From positions 28 to 64,027 of the forward strand of contig NZ_JBKHDN010000001.1 of assembly GCF_046541315.1 (NCBI RefSeq): a stretch of 64,000 nucleotides of DNA, in the 5' to 3' direction. The position numbers were made by a program, and so were the translations under genes. Numbering within the stretch: position 1 is the stretch's first letter; each line of letters begins with the position of its first letter. Source of the stretch: Halochromatium sp. Lineage in GTDB: Bacteria > Pseudomonadota > Gammaproteobacteria > Chromatiales > Chromatiaceae. Below, one piece after another: positions 8,432-19,558 of the stretch. Under the pieces are notes generated by a model. That model did no database searches and was not told the DNA's origin. It saw nothing but the letters and a program-made list of their open reading frames with translations.

Positions 8432-10873
8432 CTAGGCCTCGATCTTCTCGATACGCAGCGGACCGATGCACGGCCCGAGCATCTCGCTGCCGTCGACGGC
8501 GGCTGGAATCCGCGCGCAGCCGAGGGCGACGCGGTCATCGAACACGACCGCCGCCCGGGCCGCGCACGCGACCTCTGAGGCCGCCGCGTTGTCAATGCCC
8601 GCTCCGGAACCCCTGCTCAGGCCCGCGCCAGTCTCCTGGCGCAGACGCGCCTGATCGCCCGCGGCCAGCCCCAGCTCGGCGGCCTGCCGCGGATGCAGAT
8701 GCACCGCCAGCGACTCGGCCAAGGGCGTGCGCTGCAAGGCCGGCGCATGGCGCACCAACGCATCGCTGGCATAGATCGGCAGGTTGCCGATGCGGGTCAG
8801 GTCGGAGCCGGACGGTGGCGGTCGTTCGGTGATCGAGGTCAACGCCTGCGCATCGCCCAACCGGTTATCCGGCGCGAGATCGGCACAGACCTGGGCCACC
8901 TCGTCGTGAATCTCGCGGGCGCTGTTCTGGTCGAATCCCTCGCACTCGAGCATGGTGCCGAGCACTCGCAAGACCTTCCAGCCCGGGCGCGCATCGCCGG
9001 CCGGGGCGACCGCGCCCTGGAAGCGCTGCCAGCGCCCCTCGGCATTGACGAAGGTGCCCGCGGTCTCGGCGAAGGCCGAGATCGGTAACAGCACGTCAGC
9101 GACCTCAGCGAGCGCCGCGCTCTTGAACTGGCTGCAGGCCACCACCTGCTGGGCGCTGCGCAGCGCGGCCATTGCCAGGCTCGGATCGGCGAGATCGCGC
9201 TCCGGCTCCAGGCCCCAGAGCAGATAGCCTTGGCGTGGGTCGGTCAACATCGCCTGGGCATCGAGACCATGCCGCTTCGCAACCGCGCCGCCCGGCAGGC
9301 GATGCGGCAGACTGCCGGCCAGCCGGCTGCCGACGCTGTTCGCGCCTAGCGCGAGGAAGCCGAGCTTGCACTCGGCGGCCTCGGCGAGCGCGGCCGCCAG
9401 CGCCCGCAGCAGGCCGTAATCGGGATCGGCCTCGGCCAGCGCGCCGAGTAGCACCAGGCCTTGCCCGGACTTGCCAGCCGCTTGCAGCGCGGCGGCGATC
9501 TGTCGGTGCCGGTCGCTGACCTCGGCGGTCGCGCCCGGTACCGGCTTGCCGAGCGCCTGCAAGAGCGCCCGCAGCTCGGAGGCCAGCGCCGGCGGCGCGG
9601 TCACTAGCTGCAGGCTGGCGTGATTGAGATCGACCGCGTAGGGATTCAGCAACGCGATGGTCGCGCCATCGAGCGCGGCCTTGCGCAGACGGTGCGCCAG
9701 CAAGGGCTGCTCCTGGCGCGGATCGCTGCCGATGAGCAGCACGCCTTGCTGCTGTTCGAGTTCGGCGATCGGAAGCCCGAGCCAAGGGCATGCGGGATCG
9801 GCGGCATCTGCGCGAAAATCCTGCTGGCGCAACCGGGTATCGATATGATCGCTGCCCAGCGCGCGCACCAGTCGCTGTAGCAGGAATTGCTCTTCCAGCG
9901 TCGCGCTCGGCGCGACCAAGCAACCGAGCTGATCCGGCCCCGGCGCCTGCAGCGCCTCGATCGCCGCATGCAGGGCCGCCTGCCAGTCGACCGCCTGCCA
10001 GCGACCGTCGCGTTTGAGCATCGGCGCGGTCAAGCGCTCGGGGCTGTTCAGGCCCTCGTAGCTGAAACGGTCGCGATCCGAGATCCAGCACTCGTTCACC
10101 GCCTCGTTGTCGCGCGGATGCACGCGCATGACCTGGCCACCGCGCAGATGCAGGTGCAGGTTCGAGCCGACCCCGTCATGCGGCGCGATGCTGGGCGCCG
10201 AGGTCAGCTCCCAGGCGCGCGCGGTGAATCGATAGGGCTTCGAGGTCAGCGCGCCGACCGGACAGAGATCGATAATGTTGCCCGAAAGCTCATGCGCCAT
10301 CGTATGCTCGACGAAGGTGCCGATGCGCATGTCCTCGCCGCGGCCGGTCGCGCCCAGCTCGCGCAGGCCGGCGATCTCGGCGCCGAAGCGCACGCAGCGG
10401 GTGCAGTGGATGCAGCGGGTCATCTCGGTGGCGATCAGCGGCCCGAGGTCTTCATCCTTGACCACGCGCTTGCGCTCGCTGAAGCGCGAGACGTCCTCGC
10501 CATAGCCCATCGAGACGTCTTGCAGCTCGCACTCGCCGCCCTGATCGCAGATCGGGCAGTCGAGCGGATGATTGATGAGCAGGAACTCCATGGTGCCGCG
10601 CTGGGCATCGAGCGCCTTCGGCGAGCGCGTGAGCACCTTCATGCCATCGCTGACCGGCGTCGCGCAGGCCGGGATCGGCTTCGGGAAGGGGCGCCCGCCC
10701 TGCTCCGCCTCGACCAGGCACATGCGGCAGTTGGCCGCGATCGAGAGCTTCTCGTGATAGCAGAAACGCGGGATCGCGATGCCCTCGCGATCGGCCACCG
10801 CGATGATCATCTCACCGGGCGCCGCCGTGCAGACACGGCCGTCGATCTCGAGGGTGATCTTGTCGTCCGACAT
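8432..10873 (-). CDS. nuoG: NADH-quinone oxidoreductase subunit G
   Basis: CYHEKLSIAANCRMC, HPLDCPICDQGGEC, RCIHCTRC. Confidence 0.97.
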   Translation of the reverse strand: MSDDKITLEIDGRVCTAAPGEMIIAVADREGIAIPRFCYHEKLSIAANCRMCLVEAEQGGRPFPKPIPACATPVSDGMKVLTRSPKALDAQRGTMEFLLINHPLDCPICDQGGECELQDVSMGYGEDVSRFSERKRVVKDEDLGPLIATEMTRCIHCTRCVRFGAEIAGLRELGATGRGEDMRIGTFVEHTMAHELSGNIIDLCPVGALTSKPYRFTARAWELTSAPSIAPHDGVGSNLHLHLRGGQVMRVHPRDNEAVNECWISDRDRFSYEGLNSPERLTAPMLKRDGRWQAVDWQAALHAAIEALQAPGPDQLGCLVAPSATLEEQFLLQRLVRALGSDHIDTRLRQQDFRADAADPACPWLGLPIAELEQQQGVLLIGSDPRQEQPLLAHRLRKAALDGATIALLNPYAVDLNHASLQLVTAPPALASELRALLQALGKPVPGATAEVSDRHRQIAAALQAAGKSGQGLVLLGALAEADPDYGLLRALAAALAEAAECKLGFLALGANSVGSRLAGSLPHRLPGGAVAKRHGLDAQAMLTDPRQGYLLWGLEPERDLADPSLAMAALRSAQQVVACSQFKSAALAEVADVLLPISAFAETAGTFVNAEGRWQRFQGAVAPAGDARPGWKVLRVLGTMLECEGFDQNSAREIHDEVAQVCADLAPDNRLGDAQALTSITERPPPSGSDLTRIGNLPIYASDALVRHAPALQRTPLAESLAVHLHPRQAAELGLAAGDQARLRQETGAGLSRGSGAGIDNAAASEVACAARAAVVFDDRVALGCARIPAAVDGSEMLGPCIGPLRIEKIEA

Positions 10874-10950
10874 CGATTTGGGTCTACCTGCTGTGGTTGC
10901 GCTGCGGCGTCATGGGGCTGCGCGAGAAGCTCGGGCCATGAGCATGGCGC

Positions 10951-12240
10951 TCAGGCCGCCTCGACCAGCGAACGGCCGTGTTCGATGAGATGCTCGAACT
11001 CGGATCGGTAATGCTTGAGGAAACTCTGCACCGGCATCGCGGCGGCATCGCCGAGCGCGCAGATCGTGCGACCGCCGATACGACCGGCGACATTGTCGAG
11101 CAAATCAAGGTCTTGCGATCGCCCCTTGCCCGCCAGTATCCGATCGAGCACCCGCGCCAGCCAACCGGTGCCCTCGCGACAGGGCGTGCACTGGCCGCAG
11201 GACTCGTGCGCGTAGAAGTGCGCCAGATTCGCAAGCACCTTCACCATGCAGGTGCCCTCGGCGATGACGATCACCGCGCCGGAGCCGAGCATCGAGCCGG
11301 CCTTGGCGATCGAGTCGTAGTCCATGTCGGTGCGCATCATCACCTCGCCCGGCACCACCGGCACCGAGGAGCCGCCCGGGATCACCGCCTTCAGCGCGCG
11401 GCCGCCGCTGACGCCCCCGGCCATCTCAAGCAGATCCTTGAACGGCGTGCCGAGCGGGATCTCGAGATTGCACGGCTGCGCGACATGGCCGGTGACCGAG
11501 AACAGCTTGGGGCCGCCATTGTTCGGCCGACCCTGCTCGAGGAACCATTTGCCGCCCTTTTCCAAAATCACCGGCACCGAGGCCAGGGATTCGGTGTTGT
11601 TGATCGTGGTCGGCTTACCGTAGAGCCCGGCCTGGGCCGGGAACGGCGGCTTGAAGCGCGGCTGGCCCTTCTTGCCCTCGAGCGATTCGAGCAGCGCCGT
11701 CTCCTCGCCACAGATGTAGGCACCGGCGCCGAGATGCGTGTAGAGATCGAAATCGATGCCCGAGCCGAGCAGGTCCTTGCCCAGCATGCCGGCCGCGTAG
11801 GCCTCTTCCAGCGCGCCCTCGAAGCGCGCGGTCGGCTCGTAGAACTCGCCGCGAATGTAGTTGTAGCCGACCGTCGCACCCATGCAGTAACCGGCGATCG
11901 CCATCCCCTCGATCAGCTGATGGGGATTGAAACGCAGGATATCGCGGTCCTTGCAGGTGCCCGGCTCGCCTTCGTCCGAATTGCAGACGATGTACTTCTG
12001 ACCCGGCTTGCTGCGCGGCATGAAGCTCCACTTCAGCCCGGTTGGAAAACCGGCGCCGCCACGCCCGCGCAGGGCCGAGGTCTTGAGTTCGGCGATGAGC
12101 TGGTCCGGATCGGGCTTCTCGCGCAGGATGCGCTCCCATTGCACATAGCCGCCGACGCTGCGATAGCTGTCGAGGGTATGCCGCACCTGGGGGTCGAGGT
12201 GCAGGGTGCGGAAGCAAACGGTGTTGTGGTTCTCAGCCAT
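10951..12240 (-). CDS. nuoF: NADH-quinone oxidoreductase subunit F
   Basis: [34 protein letters not shown]. Confidence 0.97.
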   Translation of the reverse strand: MAENHNTVCFRTLHLDPQVRHTLDSYRSVGGYVQWERILREKPDPDQLIAELKTSALRGRGGAGFPTGLKWSFMPRSKPGQKYIVCNSDEGEPGTCKDRDILRFNPHQLIEGMAIAGYCMGATVGYNYIRGEFYEPTARFEGALEEAYAAGMLGKDLLGSGIDFDLYTHLGAGAYICGEETALLESLEGKKGQPRFKPPFPAQAGLYGKPTTINNTESLASVPVILEKGGKWFLEQGRPNNGGPKLFSVTGHVAQPCNLEIPLGTPFKDLLEMAGGVSGGRALKAVIPGGSSVPVVPGEVMMRTDMDYDSIAKAGSMLGSGAVIVIAEGTCMVKVLANLAHFYAHESCGQCTPCREGTGWLARVLDRILAGKGRSQDLDLLDNVAGRIGGRTICALGDAAAMPVQSFLKHYRSEFEHLIEHGRSLVEAA

Positions 12241-12253
12241 GGCTCGCGCGCGC

Positions 12254-12781
12254 TCAGTCGAGGTCGTCGATGATCTTGTCGATAGCGTCCGGGGTCACGC
12301 ACTCGTGATAGGTCTTATCGACCATCACCACCGGGGCGTGCCGGCAGGCACCGAGACATTCGAACTCCTTGAACGTCAGCTTGCCATCGGCGGTGGTGCC
12401 GCCAGGGGCGACCTTGTACTTCTTCTCGATATGGTGCATCAGCTCCTCGGCACCGCCGAGCATGCAGGAGACGCTGTTGCAGACGCAGACCTTGTGCCGG
12501 CCGACTGGCTCCAGGTCGTACATCGCATAGAAGGTGGCGACCTCGTAGACCGCCGTCTCGGGCATGTCCAGATAGGCGGCGACCTGATCCATCAGCTCGC
12601 GGGTCAACCAGCCGCCGTTGTGGTCCTGCACCAGCGTCAGCGCCGGCATCACCGCGGACTGTTTCCATTCCGGCGGATACTTGGCGACATGCTTGTCGAT
12701 CTCGGCGCGCAACTCGGGCGTGAGCAACGTCTCCTTGTCGACATCGTGGATGACCGCGAGCGGTGTCGTGCGAAAACTCAT
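12254..12781 (-). CDS. nuoE: NADH-quinone oxidoreductase subunit E
   Basis: Start ATG 12781 overlapping the nuoD stop; CNSVSC...CLGAC 2Fe-2S ligands. Confidence 0.96.
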   Translation of the reverse strand: MSFRTTPLAVIHDVDKETLLTPELRAEIDKHVAKYPPEWKQSAVMPALTLVQDHNGGWLTRELMDQVAAYLDMPETAVYEVATFYAMYDLEPVGRHKVCVCNSVSCMLGGAEELMHHIEKKYKVAPGGTTADGKLTFKEFECLGACRHAPVVMVDKTYHECVTPDAIDKIIDDLD

Positions 12782-14040
12782 CAGCGGTCGATCTCCCCAA
12801 ACACGATATCCATGGTGCCGATGATGGCGACCACATCGGCGAGCATGTGGCCCTTGGCCATCTCGTCCATCGCCGCGAGATGCGGGAAGCCGGGCGCGCG
12901 GACTTTCAACCGATAGGGCTTGTTGGCGCCATCGGAGACGATGTAGCAACCGAACTCGCCCTTGGGTGCCTCAACCGCCGCATAGACCTGGCCCGGCGGC
13001 GGGCAGTAGCCCTCGGTGAACAGCTTAAAGTGATGGATCAGCGCCTCCATGTCGTCCTTCATACCGACCCGAGTCGGTGGCGCGACCTTATGGTCGTCGA
13101 CCATCACCGGACCGGGATTGGCGCGCAGCCAATCGATGCACTGCTTGATGATGCGGTTGGACTGGCGCATCTCCTCGATGCGGACCAGATAGCGGTCGTA
13201 GCAGTCGCCGTTCTGGCCCACCGGGATATCGAAGTCGACCCGGTCATAGGCCGCGTAGGGCTGCATCTTGCGCAGATCCCAAGCCACTCCTGAGCCGCGC
13301 AGCATCGGCCCGGTGAAGCCGATGTTCTTGGCGCGCTCGGCATCGACCACGCCGATGCCGACGGTGCGCTGCTTCCAAATCCGGTTATCGGTGAGCAGGG
13401 TCTCGTACTCATCGACCAGCTTGGGGAAGCGCTCGCTGAAGTCCTCGATGAAATCGAGCAAGGAACCGCTGCGGGGCTTGTTGAGCCTGCGCATGGTGCG
13501 TTTGCCGTGCCACTTGGAGCTTTCCTCGGCGAAGCGCGGCATCTGCTCGGGCAGATCGCGGTAGACCCCGCCCGGTCGGTAATAGGTCGCATGCAGGCGC
13601 GCGCCCGAGACCGCCTCGTAGCAGTCCATCAGGTCCTCGCGCTCGCGGAAGCAATAGAGGAAGACGCTCATCGCGCCGACATCGAGCGCATGCGCGCCGA
13701 GCCACATCAGGTGGTTGAGGATGCGGGTGATCTCGTCGAACAGGGTGCGGATATATTGCGCGCGGATCGGCGCCTCGATACCCAGCAGTTTCTCGATCGC
13801 GCGCACATAGCCGTGCTCGTTGCACATCATCGAGACGTAGTCGAGCCGGTCCATGTAGCCGATGGACTGGTTGTAGGGCTTGGATTCGGCGAGCTTCTCG
13901 GTCGCGCGATGCAACAGCCCGATGTGCGGATCGGCGCGATCGATGACCTCGCCGTCCATCTCCAGCACCAGGCGCAGCACCCCGTGCGCGGCCGGATGCT
14001 GGGGACCGAAGTTCAGCGTGTAGTTGCGAATCTCAGGCAT
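12781..14040 (-). CDS. nuoD: NADH-quinone oxidoreductase subunit D
   Basis: Start ATG 14040 ([24 protein letters not shown]); C-terminus DIVFGEIDR. Confidence 0.97.
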   Translation of the reverse strand: MPEIRNYTLNFGPQHPAAHGVLRLVLEMDGEVIDRADPHIGLLHRATEKLAESKPYNQSIGYMDRLDYVSMMCNEHGYVRAIEKLLGIEAPIRAQYIRTLFDEITRILNHLMWLGAHALDVGAMSVFLYCFREREDLMDCYEAVSGARLHATYYRPGGVYRDLPEQMPRFAEESSKWHGKRTMRRLNKPRSGSLLDFIEDFSERFPKLVDEYETLLTDNRIWKQRTVGIGVVDAERAKNIGFTGPMLRGSGVAWDLRKMQPYAAYDRVDFDIPVGQNGDCYDRYLVRIEEMRQSNRIIKQCIDWLRANPGPVMVDDHKVAPPTRVGMKDDMEALIHHFKLFTEGYCPPPGQVYAAVEAPKGEFGCYIVSDGANKPYRLKVRAPGFPHLAAMDEMAKGHMLADVVAIIGTMDIVFGEIDR

Positions 14041-14890
14041 TGGCTGCGTCCTTGGCACCGGTGACGGCCGGATGGTCGTCGCCGAGGTAGCGGCTGTCGT
14101 CGCGGATGACCTTGGGCACCAGCACGCGCGGCTCGATCTCGACCGGCTCGTAGACCACGCGCGCCTGCTCGGGATCGTAGCGCATCGCGACATGGCCGCT
14201 GAGCGGGAAGTCCTTGCGGAATGGATGGCCGACGAAGCCGTAGTCGGTGAGGATGCGGCGCAAATCGGGATGGCCGTCGAAGAGGATGCCGAACAGATCG
14301 AAGGCCTCGCGCTCGAACCAATCGGCGGCGGACCAGATCGACACCACCGAGGGCACCAGAGGCTGAGCGCCGCCGGTGCGCACCACCAGCCGCAGCCGCC
14401 AGTTGTGCGCGAGCGAGAGCAGGTGATAGACGACGGCAAAGCGCTCAGGGTGATCGGTCTCGAGCTCGAGATCGCGATCGACGCCACGGCCGAAGCCGAA
14501 GTGCGCGGCCTCGGTGGTCGCCCATTCCGAGAGCCCGTAGGCGGCGTAATCGACGCCGCAGAGGTCGATCAGTTGCTCGAAGCCGAAGTCTTGGTCATCG
14601 CGCAGCCGCGTGCAGGTCTCGATGAGGGCGCTGGCTGGAACCGCAAGCGTCAGTTCGCCGCGATCGGCGCTCAGGGAGTGACCGGCGGGAGCGCCTTTGG
14701 GCTTGGCTTGAGCGGACTCGGCGTCGCTGGGGTTGGCGTTGCCGGGCTCAGCGTCAGCAGGCTCAGCATCGGTCGACTTCGCCTCTGCGTTAGCTGCCGT
14801 TGCCGTGAAAGCAGCACTCAGGCGCGCGGCCAGTTCGTCGAGGCGCGCGTCGCCGGTGATGAGGATCGGATCGGACATGAGTCGGGTCAC
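14033..14890 (-). CDS. nuoC: NADH-quinone oxidoreductase subunit C (with N-terminal low-complexity insertion)
   Basis: [38 protein letters not shown]; GTG start coupled to the nuoB TGA (alternative ATG 14878). Confidence 0.95.
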   Translation of the reverse strand: MTRLMSDPILITGDARLDELAARLSAAFTATAANAEAKSTDAEPADAEPGNANPSDAESAQAKPKGAPAGHSLSADRGELTLAVPASALIETCTRLRDDQDFGFEQLIDLCGVDYAAYGLSEWATTEAAHFGFGRGVDRDLELETDHPERFAVVYHLLSLAHNWRLRLVVRTGGAQPLVPSVVSIWSAADWFEREAFDLFGILFDGHPDLRRILTDYGFVGHPFRKDFPLSGHVAMRYDPEQARVVYEPVEIEPRVLVPKVIRDDSRYLGDDHPAVTGAKDAANA

Positions 14891-15363
14891 CGCGCGATGG
14901 TGTTGGTGCGGCGGATCTTGTTCTGCAGCTGCAAGATGCCGTAGAGCAAGGCCTCCGCCGTTGGCGGACAGCCGGGCACATAGACATCCACCGGCACGAT
15001 GCGATCGCAGCCGCGCACCACCGAATAGGAGTAGTGATAGTAGCCACCACCATTAGCGCAGGAACCCATCGAGATCACCCAGCGCGGCTCGGCCATCTGG
15101 TCATAGACCTTGCGCAAGGCCGGTGCCATCTTGTTGACCAGGGTGCCGGCGACGATCATCACATCGGACTGGCGCGGACTCGGGCGGAAGATGATGCCGA
15201 AGCGATCCAGGTCATAGCGCGCGGCGCCGGCGTGCATCATCTCCACCGCGCAACAGGCCAAACCGAAGGTCATCGGCCACAGCGAGCCAGTGCGCGCCCA
15301 GTTGATCAACTTGTCGGCGGTGGTGGTGACCACGCCCTCTTCGAGAATGCCTTCGATACCCAT
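14887..15363 (-). CDS. nuoB: NADH-quinone oxidoreductase subunit B
   Basis: [27 protein letters not shown]. Confidence 0.98.
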   Translation of the reverse strand: MGIEGILEEGVVTTTADKLINWARTGSLWPMTFGLACCAVEMMHAGAARYDLDRFGIIFRPSPRQSDVMIVAGTLVNKMAPALRKVYDQMAEPRWVISMGSCANGGGYYHYSYSVVRGCDRIVPVDVYVPGCPPTAEALLYGILQLQNKIRRTNTIAR

Positions 15364-15418
15364 CTAGCCCCCTCTTTAACTCAGCCGCTCGCTCGTGCCG
15401 ACGGTTAGGTGTCGCCGG

Positions 15419-15775
15419 TCATTCCCAGTCGAGGGCGCCCTTGCGCCATTCGTAGATGAAGCCGACGACGAGAATACCCAAGAACACGGACATGGCGAGC
15501 AATCCCGCTGTTCCCAAGTCCTCGAGCACCACGGCCCAGGGAAACAGGAAGGCAATCTCGAGATCGAACAGGATGAAGAGGATGGCGACCAGGTAGTAGC
15601 GCACATCGAACTTCATGCGCGCGCTCTCGAAGGCGTCGAAGCCACACTCGTAAGGAGCATCCTTCTCGGGATCAGGCCGGCGCGGGCCGAGCAGCATGCC
15701 GAGCGCGCGGGGCGCGAAGCCGATCAGAATCGCGACCGCCAGGAAGATCAAGATATGGAGATAGTTCTCTAACAT
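15419..15775 (-). CDS. nuoA: NADH-quinone oxidoreductase subunit A
   Basis: [30 protein letters not shown]. Confidence 0.97.
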   Translation of the reverse strand: MLENYLHILIFLAVAILIGFAPRALGMLLGPRRPDPEKDAPYECGFDAFESARMKFDVRYYLVAILFILFDLEIAFLFPWAVVLEDLGTAGLLAMSVFLGILVVGFIYEWRKGALDWE

Positions 15776-15826
15776 CTAGCGGTGGCTCCAGGACGTTGGT
15801 CGTTTTAGGCGACGAAAACCTTCTGC

Positions 15827-15855
15827 ATGCTAGTGCATGCAGCCCTGACTGTCAA
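15827..15855 (-). promoter_or_regulatory. sigma70-type promoter of the nuo operon
   Basis: Minus strand TTGACA-N17-TAGCAT about 50 bp upstream of nuoA. Confidence 0.7.
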
Positions 15856-15882
15856 CCAACTGAAACAACGCAAAACCATGAT

Positions 15883-15895
15883 AATCAATGAGTTG
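15883..15895 (+). promoter_or_regulatory. IHF-like binding site
   Basis: AATCAATGAGTTG matches WATCAANNNNTTR exactly; lies between the tRNA-Leu terminator and the nuo promoter. Confidence 0.45.
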
Positions 15896-15911
15896 ACAGG
15901 GTGTCGCCGAT

Positions 15912-15944
15912 AAAAAAGGCGACCCCGCAAGCGGGTGTCGCCTT
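15912..15944 (-). terminator. Rho-independent terminator after tRNA-Leu
   Basis: Minus strand AAGGCGACACCCGC-TT-GCGGGGTCGCC-TTTTTT. Confidence 0.85.
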
Positions 15945-15951
15945 GTCTGAT

Positions 15952-16036
15952 TGGTGCCGACGGCCGGACTCGAACCGGCACGGCTTGCGCCACTGCCCCC
16001 TCAAGACAGCGTGTCTACCAATTCCACCACGTCGGC
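15952..16036 (-). tRNA. tRNA-Leu (GAG)
   Basis: GCCGACGTGGTGGAATTGGTAGACAC...CTGTC-TT-GAG-GG-GGCAG...GGTTCGAGTCC...GGCACCA; 85 nt with long variable arm; usual secG-tRNA-Leu position. Confidence 0.96.
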
Positions 16037-16110
16037 AAATTCATCCTGTCTATTATCGCAGATGTCGTGACTGACAGGTTACGTAATTTTCGCCTCGTCT
16101 CAAATCGCGC

Positions 16111-16656
16111 CTAATCGACCGGCGGCAACTCGCTTTGCGAATCGGCTGGGTTGGTCCCATCCTGCTCGCGGTTCGCGCTGTCCGTCGCTGCGGGCGGCAG
16201 ATCGGACGCTCCGTCACCGGGCACCTCGGCATTCTCGGACGGCGCGGGCAGATCATCGACCGCTGGCACCTCCTCGGAGGCTGGCCCGGGCGCTGACTCA
16301 GGGGTTGGCCCCGGGGCTGACTCGGGTGCTGACTCGGGAATCGGCGGTCCGTCTCGCGGTCCCTCTTGCTCCGGAGCGACAGGAATCGGCCTGTCGAGGT
16401 CATCCATGAGCCCTTCCGGTTCACCGACGCGGGCGGCAAAGTAGGCCAGCACGATACTGGTCAAGAAGAACAGGATGGCCAGGATCGCGGTCGAGCGCGA
16501 GAGAAAAGAGCCGGAACCCTGCGCACCAAAGACCGTCGACGAGGCACCACTGCCGAACGCCGCGCCGGCATCGGCACCCTTGCCATGCTGGAGCAGCACG
16601 AGCGTGATGATGCCAATCGCGAGGACGAGATGGAGGACGGTCAATATGAGCTGCAT
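16111..16656 (-). CDS. secG: Preprotein translocase subunit SecG with long acidic Pro-rich C-terminal tail
   Basis: Start ATG 16656; [26 protein letters not shown]. Confidence 0.95.
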   Translation of the reverse strand: MQLILTVLHLVLAIGIITLVLLQHGKGADAGAAFGSGASSTVFGAQGSGSFLSRSTAILAILFFLTSIVLAYFAARVGEPEGLMDDLDRPIPVAPEQEGPRDGPPIPESAPESAPGPTPESAPGPASEEVPAVDDLPAPSENAEVPGDGASDLPPAATDSANREQDGTNPADSQSELPPVD

Positions 16657-16719
16657 GAGGGGTCTCGGTCTCGATCTCGGTCTGGGCGGTGGCTCGGCGG
16701 ATGCCAAGCCCGCATCGGT

Positions 16720-17484
16720 TTAGGCGTTCGCATCGCCCGCCTTGCATATCGCCAGGAAGTCAGCCGCCTTGAGTGCTGCCCCACCGATGAGACCGCCATC
16801 GATATCGGCCTGTGCCATCAACTCGAGCGCGTTACCGGGCTTCATGCTGCCACCATAGAGGATGCGCAATTCGGCCGCGACCTCAGGGTCCTTCTTGGCG
16901 ACGCGCTGGCGCAGGAAGGCATGCACCTCTTGCGCCTGCTCCGGGGTGGCGGTGACGCCGGTCCCGATGGCCCACACCGGCTCGTAGGCGATCACGCCTT
17001 TCGCCAGCTCGGCAACGCCGCCGGGCAACTCGAGCACCGCGTCGAGATGGCGGGCGACCACCTCCTCGGTCTTGCCCTGCTCACGCTCCTCGAGCGTCTC
17101 GCCGACACAGAGGATGGGCGTCAAGCCATGGGCCGTGACCATCTGATACTTGCGCGCGATCACGGCATCGGTCTCGGCATTGAACAGGCGCCGCTCGGAA
17201 TGACCGACGATCGCGTAGGTACAGCCGAAATCCTTCAGCATGGTCGCTGAAACCTGACCGGTGAAGGCGCCGTCTTCCTCGCGCGAGCAATCCTGCGAGC
17301 CGTAGCGGATGGGGGTCCCGCTCAGCATCTCCTCGGCGATATGGAGATAGGGAAACGGCGGACACACCGCGACCTCGGAGGCCTCGATATCGCCGAGGCC
17401 GGCCTTGATGGCAGTCAACAGCTCGGCCGTCATGACCTTGCTGCCATTCATCTTCCAGTTTCCCGCGATCAGGGGCTGACGCAT
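16720..17484 (-). CDS. tpiA: Triosephosphate isomerase
   Basis: Start ATG 17484; AGNWKMN, GHSERR, AYEPVWAIGTG, YGGS. Confidence 0.98.
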   Translation of the reverse strand: MRQPLIAGNWKMNGSKVMTAELLTAIKAGLGDIEASEVAVCPPFPYLHIAEEMLSGTPIRYGSQDCSREEDGAFTGQVSATMLKDFGCTYAIVGHSERRLFNAETDAVIARKYQMVTAHGLTPILCVGETLEEREQGKTEEVVARHLDAVLELPGGVAELAKGVIAYEPVWAIGTGVTATPEQAQEVHAFLRQRVAKKDPEVAAELRILYGGSMKPGNALELMAQADIDGGLIGGAALKAADFLAICKAGDANA

Positions 17485-17597
17485 GACTGTCTCCCGAAGA
17501 AAAGAGCCGATCATTCTAACGGCCTCCATGGGGCCGCGCAAGCGCGTGGCGAAGAAAGTTGTTTCCGTCGCGGCGCCCAGTGGCTTAGACTGTGGCG

Positions 17598-18077
17598 ATG
17601 GCGAAAGGCAAGAAAAAAACCAGTACCCCCAGCAGCACCATCGCGCTGAACAAGCAGGCCAAGCACGAATATCAGGTCGAACAGCGCCACGAGGCGGGCC
17701 TCGTCCTCGAGGGCTGGGAGGTCAAGAGCATGCGCGCCGGACGCGTCCAGCTCAAGGAGGCCTACGTCAAGATCCTGCATGGCGAGGGCTTTTTGATCGG
17801 CTGTCATATCTCCCCGCTGCCATCGGCCTCGACCCATGTCGATCCGGACCCGACGCGCACCCGCAAGCTGCTCTTAAAGCGCACCGAACTCAGCCGCCTG
17901 ATCGGCCAGACCGAGCGCGCCGGCTACACGCTCGTGCCCCTGGCGCTCTACTGGAAGCGCGGCCGCGCCAAGCTCGAGATCGGGCTGGCCAAGGGCAAGA
18001 AATTGCACGACAAGCGCGCCGACGCCAAGGAGCGCGACTGGCAGCGCGAAAAGGAGCGCCTCTTCAAGCAGCACTAG
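17598..18077 (+). CDS. smpB: SsrA-binding protein
   Basis: [36 protein letters not shown]. Confidence 0.97.
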   Translation: MAKGKKKTSTPSSTIALNKQAKHEYQVEQRHEAGLVLEGWEVKSMRAGRVQLKEAYVKILHGEGFLIGCHISPLPSASTHVDPDPTRTRKLLLKRTELSRLIGQTERAGYTLVPLALYWKRGRAKLEIGLAKGKKLHDKRADAKERDWQREKERLFKQH

Positions 18078-18092
18078 ACCGGCCTGCGCAGG

Positions 18093-18581
18093 TCAAGGCG
18101 CTAGCGCCCGCACCTCGGCCTTGCCGATGCCACGCGGTCCATTCAGCGAGGCCTTCGGGATCAAGGCGCCGCTGTCATCCAGATAGAGGTCGCGGGTCGC
18201 CGCGAGCGGGGCCCGCTCGCGACCATCGATCATCCAATCCCGGCCGTCGGCGGCGCGGTGCAACAGCCAAAAACCGCCACCGCCAAGCCCCGAGCCGTAG
18301 GGCTCGACCACGGCCAGCACCGCGCTGATCGCCACCGCCGCATCAAAGGCATTGCCGCCGGCTTCCAGCAAGGCCAGCCCGGCCTCGGTCGCCGCTGGAT
18401 GCGCGCTCGCCACCGCCTGCGCTGGCGGGCGCGGAGGCTCCACCGATTCGGTCAGCGGCCCCGTGCCGGCTGGGGTCCAGACCGGCAGCAACCAGAGCGG
18501 CAGCAACGCCGCCAGCAGCAGCAAGCGGTTGCGCGCGGCGCAAAAAAGGCCCCCGTCGGGAGCCTTGGCGTGGGTTGGCAT
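18093..18581 (-). pseudogene. ggt: Gamma-glutamyltransferase N-terminal remnant (truncated)
   Basis: AVASAHPAATEAGLALLEAGGNAFDAAVA...EPYGSGLGGGGF...IDGRERAP is the Ggt N-terminus; the ORF stops soon after SLNGP, far short of full length, with no catalytic Thr subunit; start uncertain. Confidence 0.8.
18542..18566 (-). terminator. Rho-independent terminator after the coaD-ferredoxin genes
   Basis: Minus strand AAGGCTCCC-GAC-GGGGGCC-TTTTTT. Confidence 0.7.
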
Positions 18582-18671
18582 CCAGCCTAGAAGGCGTCCA
18601 TCAACGACTTGCCGAGCTGAGAGCCAGTGCCTGGCAATCATCGGCAAGCAGAACATGGACGGCCTCTTGGG

Positions 18672-19010
<339 letters not shown>

Positions 19011-19487
19011 TTATCCAAACCTTTGCCGCAATGCAGCATGCACGCTGGCATCGACGAACCCCGAGACGTCGCCCCCCAGACGCGCGATCTGCTTGACCAG
19101 CGACGACGAGATATAGGCATATTGCTCCGCCGGGGTCAGAAACAGGGTTTCGATCTCTGGCGCCATGCGCCGGTTCATGCCGGCAAGCTGGAACTCGTAC
19201 TCGAAGTCGGAGACCGCGCGCAGGCCGCGCATGATCACATGGACCTGCATCGAGCGCGCAAAATCCACCAGCAGGCCAGAGAAGGGCACGACCTCGACAT
19301 TCTCCATCGCCTCGCAGATGGTTCGCGCCAGCGCAACCCGTTCCTCCGCAGAAAAGGTCGGGTGCTTGGCGCTGTCGCGCGCCACCGCCACGATCACGCG
19401 GTCGAACAACCGCGAGGCGCGATCGATGAGATCGCTATGGCCATTGGTCATCGGGTCGAAAGACCCCGGATAGACGACGCTACGCAA
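19011..19487 (-). CDS. coaD: Phosphopantetheine adenylyltransferase
   Basis: [31 protein letters not shown]; probable TTG start at 19487. Confidence 0.95.
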   Translation of the reverse strand: MRSVVYPGSFDPMTNGHSDLIDRASRLFDRVIVAVARDSAKHPTFSAEERVALARTICEAMENVEVVPFSGLLVDFARSMQVHVIMRGLRAVSDFEYEFQLAGMNRRMAPEIETLFLTPAEQYAYISSSLVKQIARLGGDVSGFVDASVHAALRQRFG

Positions 19488-19558
19488 GCTCTGTGCCCTT
19501 GGTGAGGTGGGTCGGGGCCGCGAAGCATAACAAATCATGACCGGCCAAACCGGCCCGA

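Noticed and set aside
770-15408. Many long plus-strand ORFs opposite the nuo genes (e.g. 770-2593, 3261-5582, 10978-12273)
   Set aside because: Antisense shadows of high-GC coding sequence; low-complexity R/H/Q-rich translations with no motifs.
15776-16110. tRNA-Leu as an integration site for an island
   Set aside because: No integrase and no duplicated tRNA 3' end seen; nuoA follows directly.
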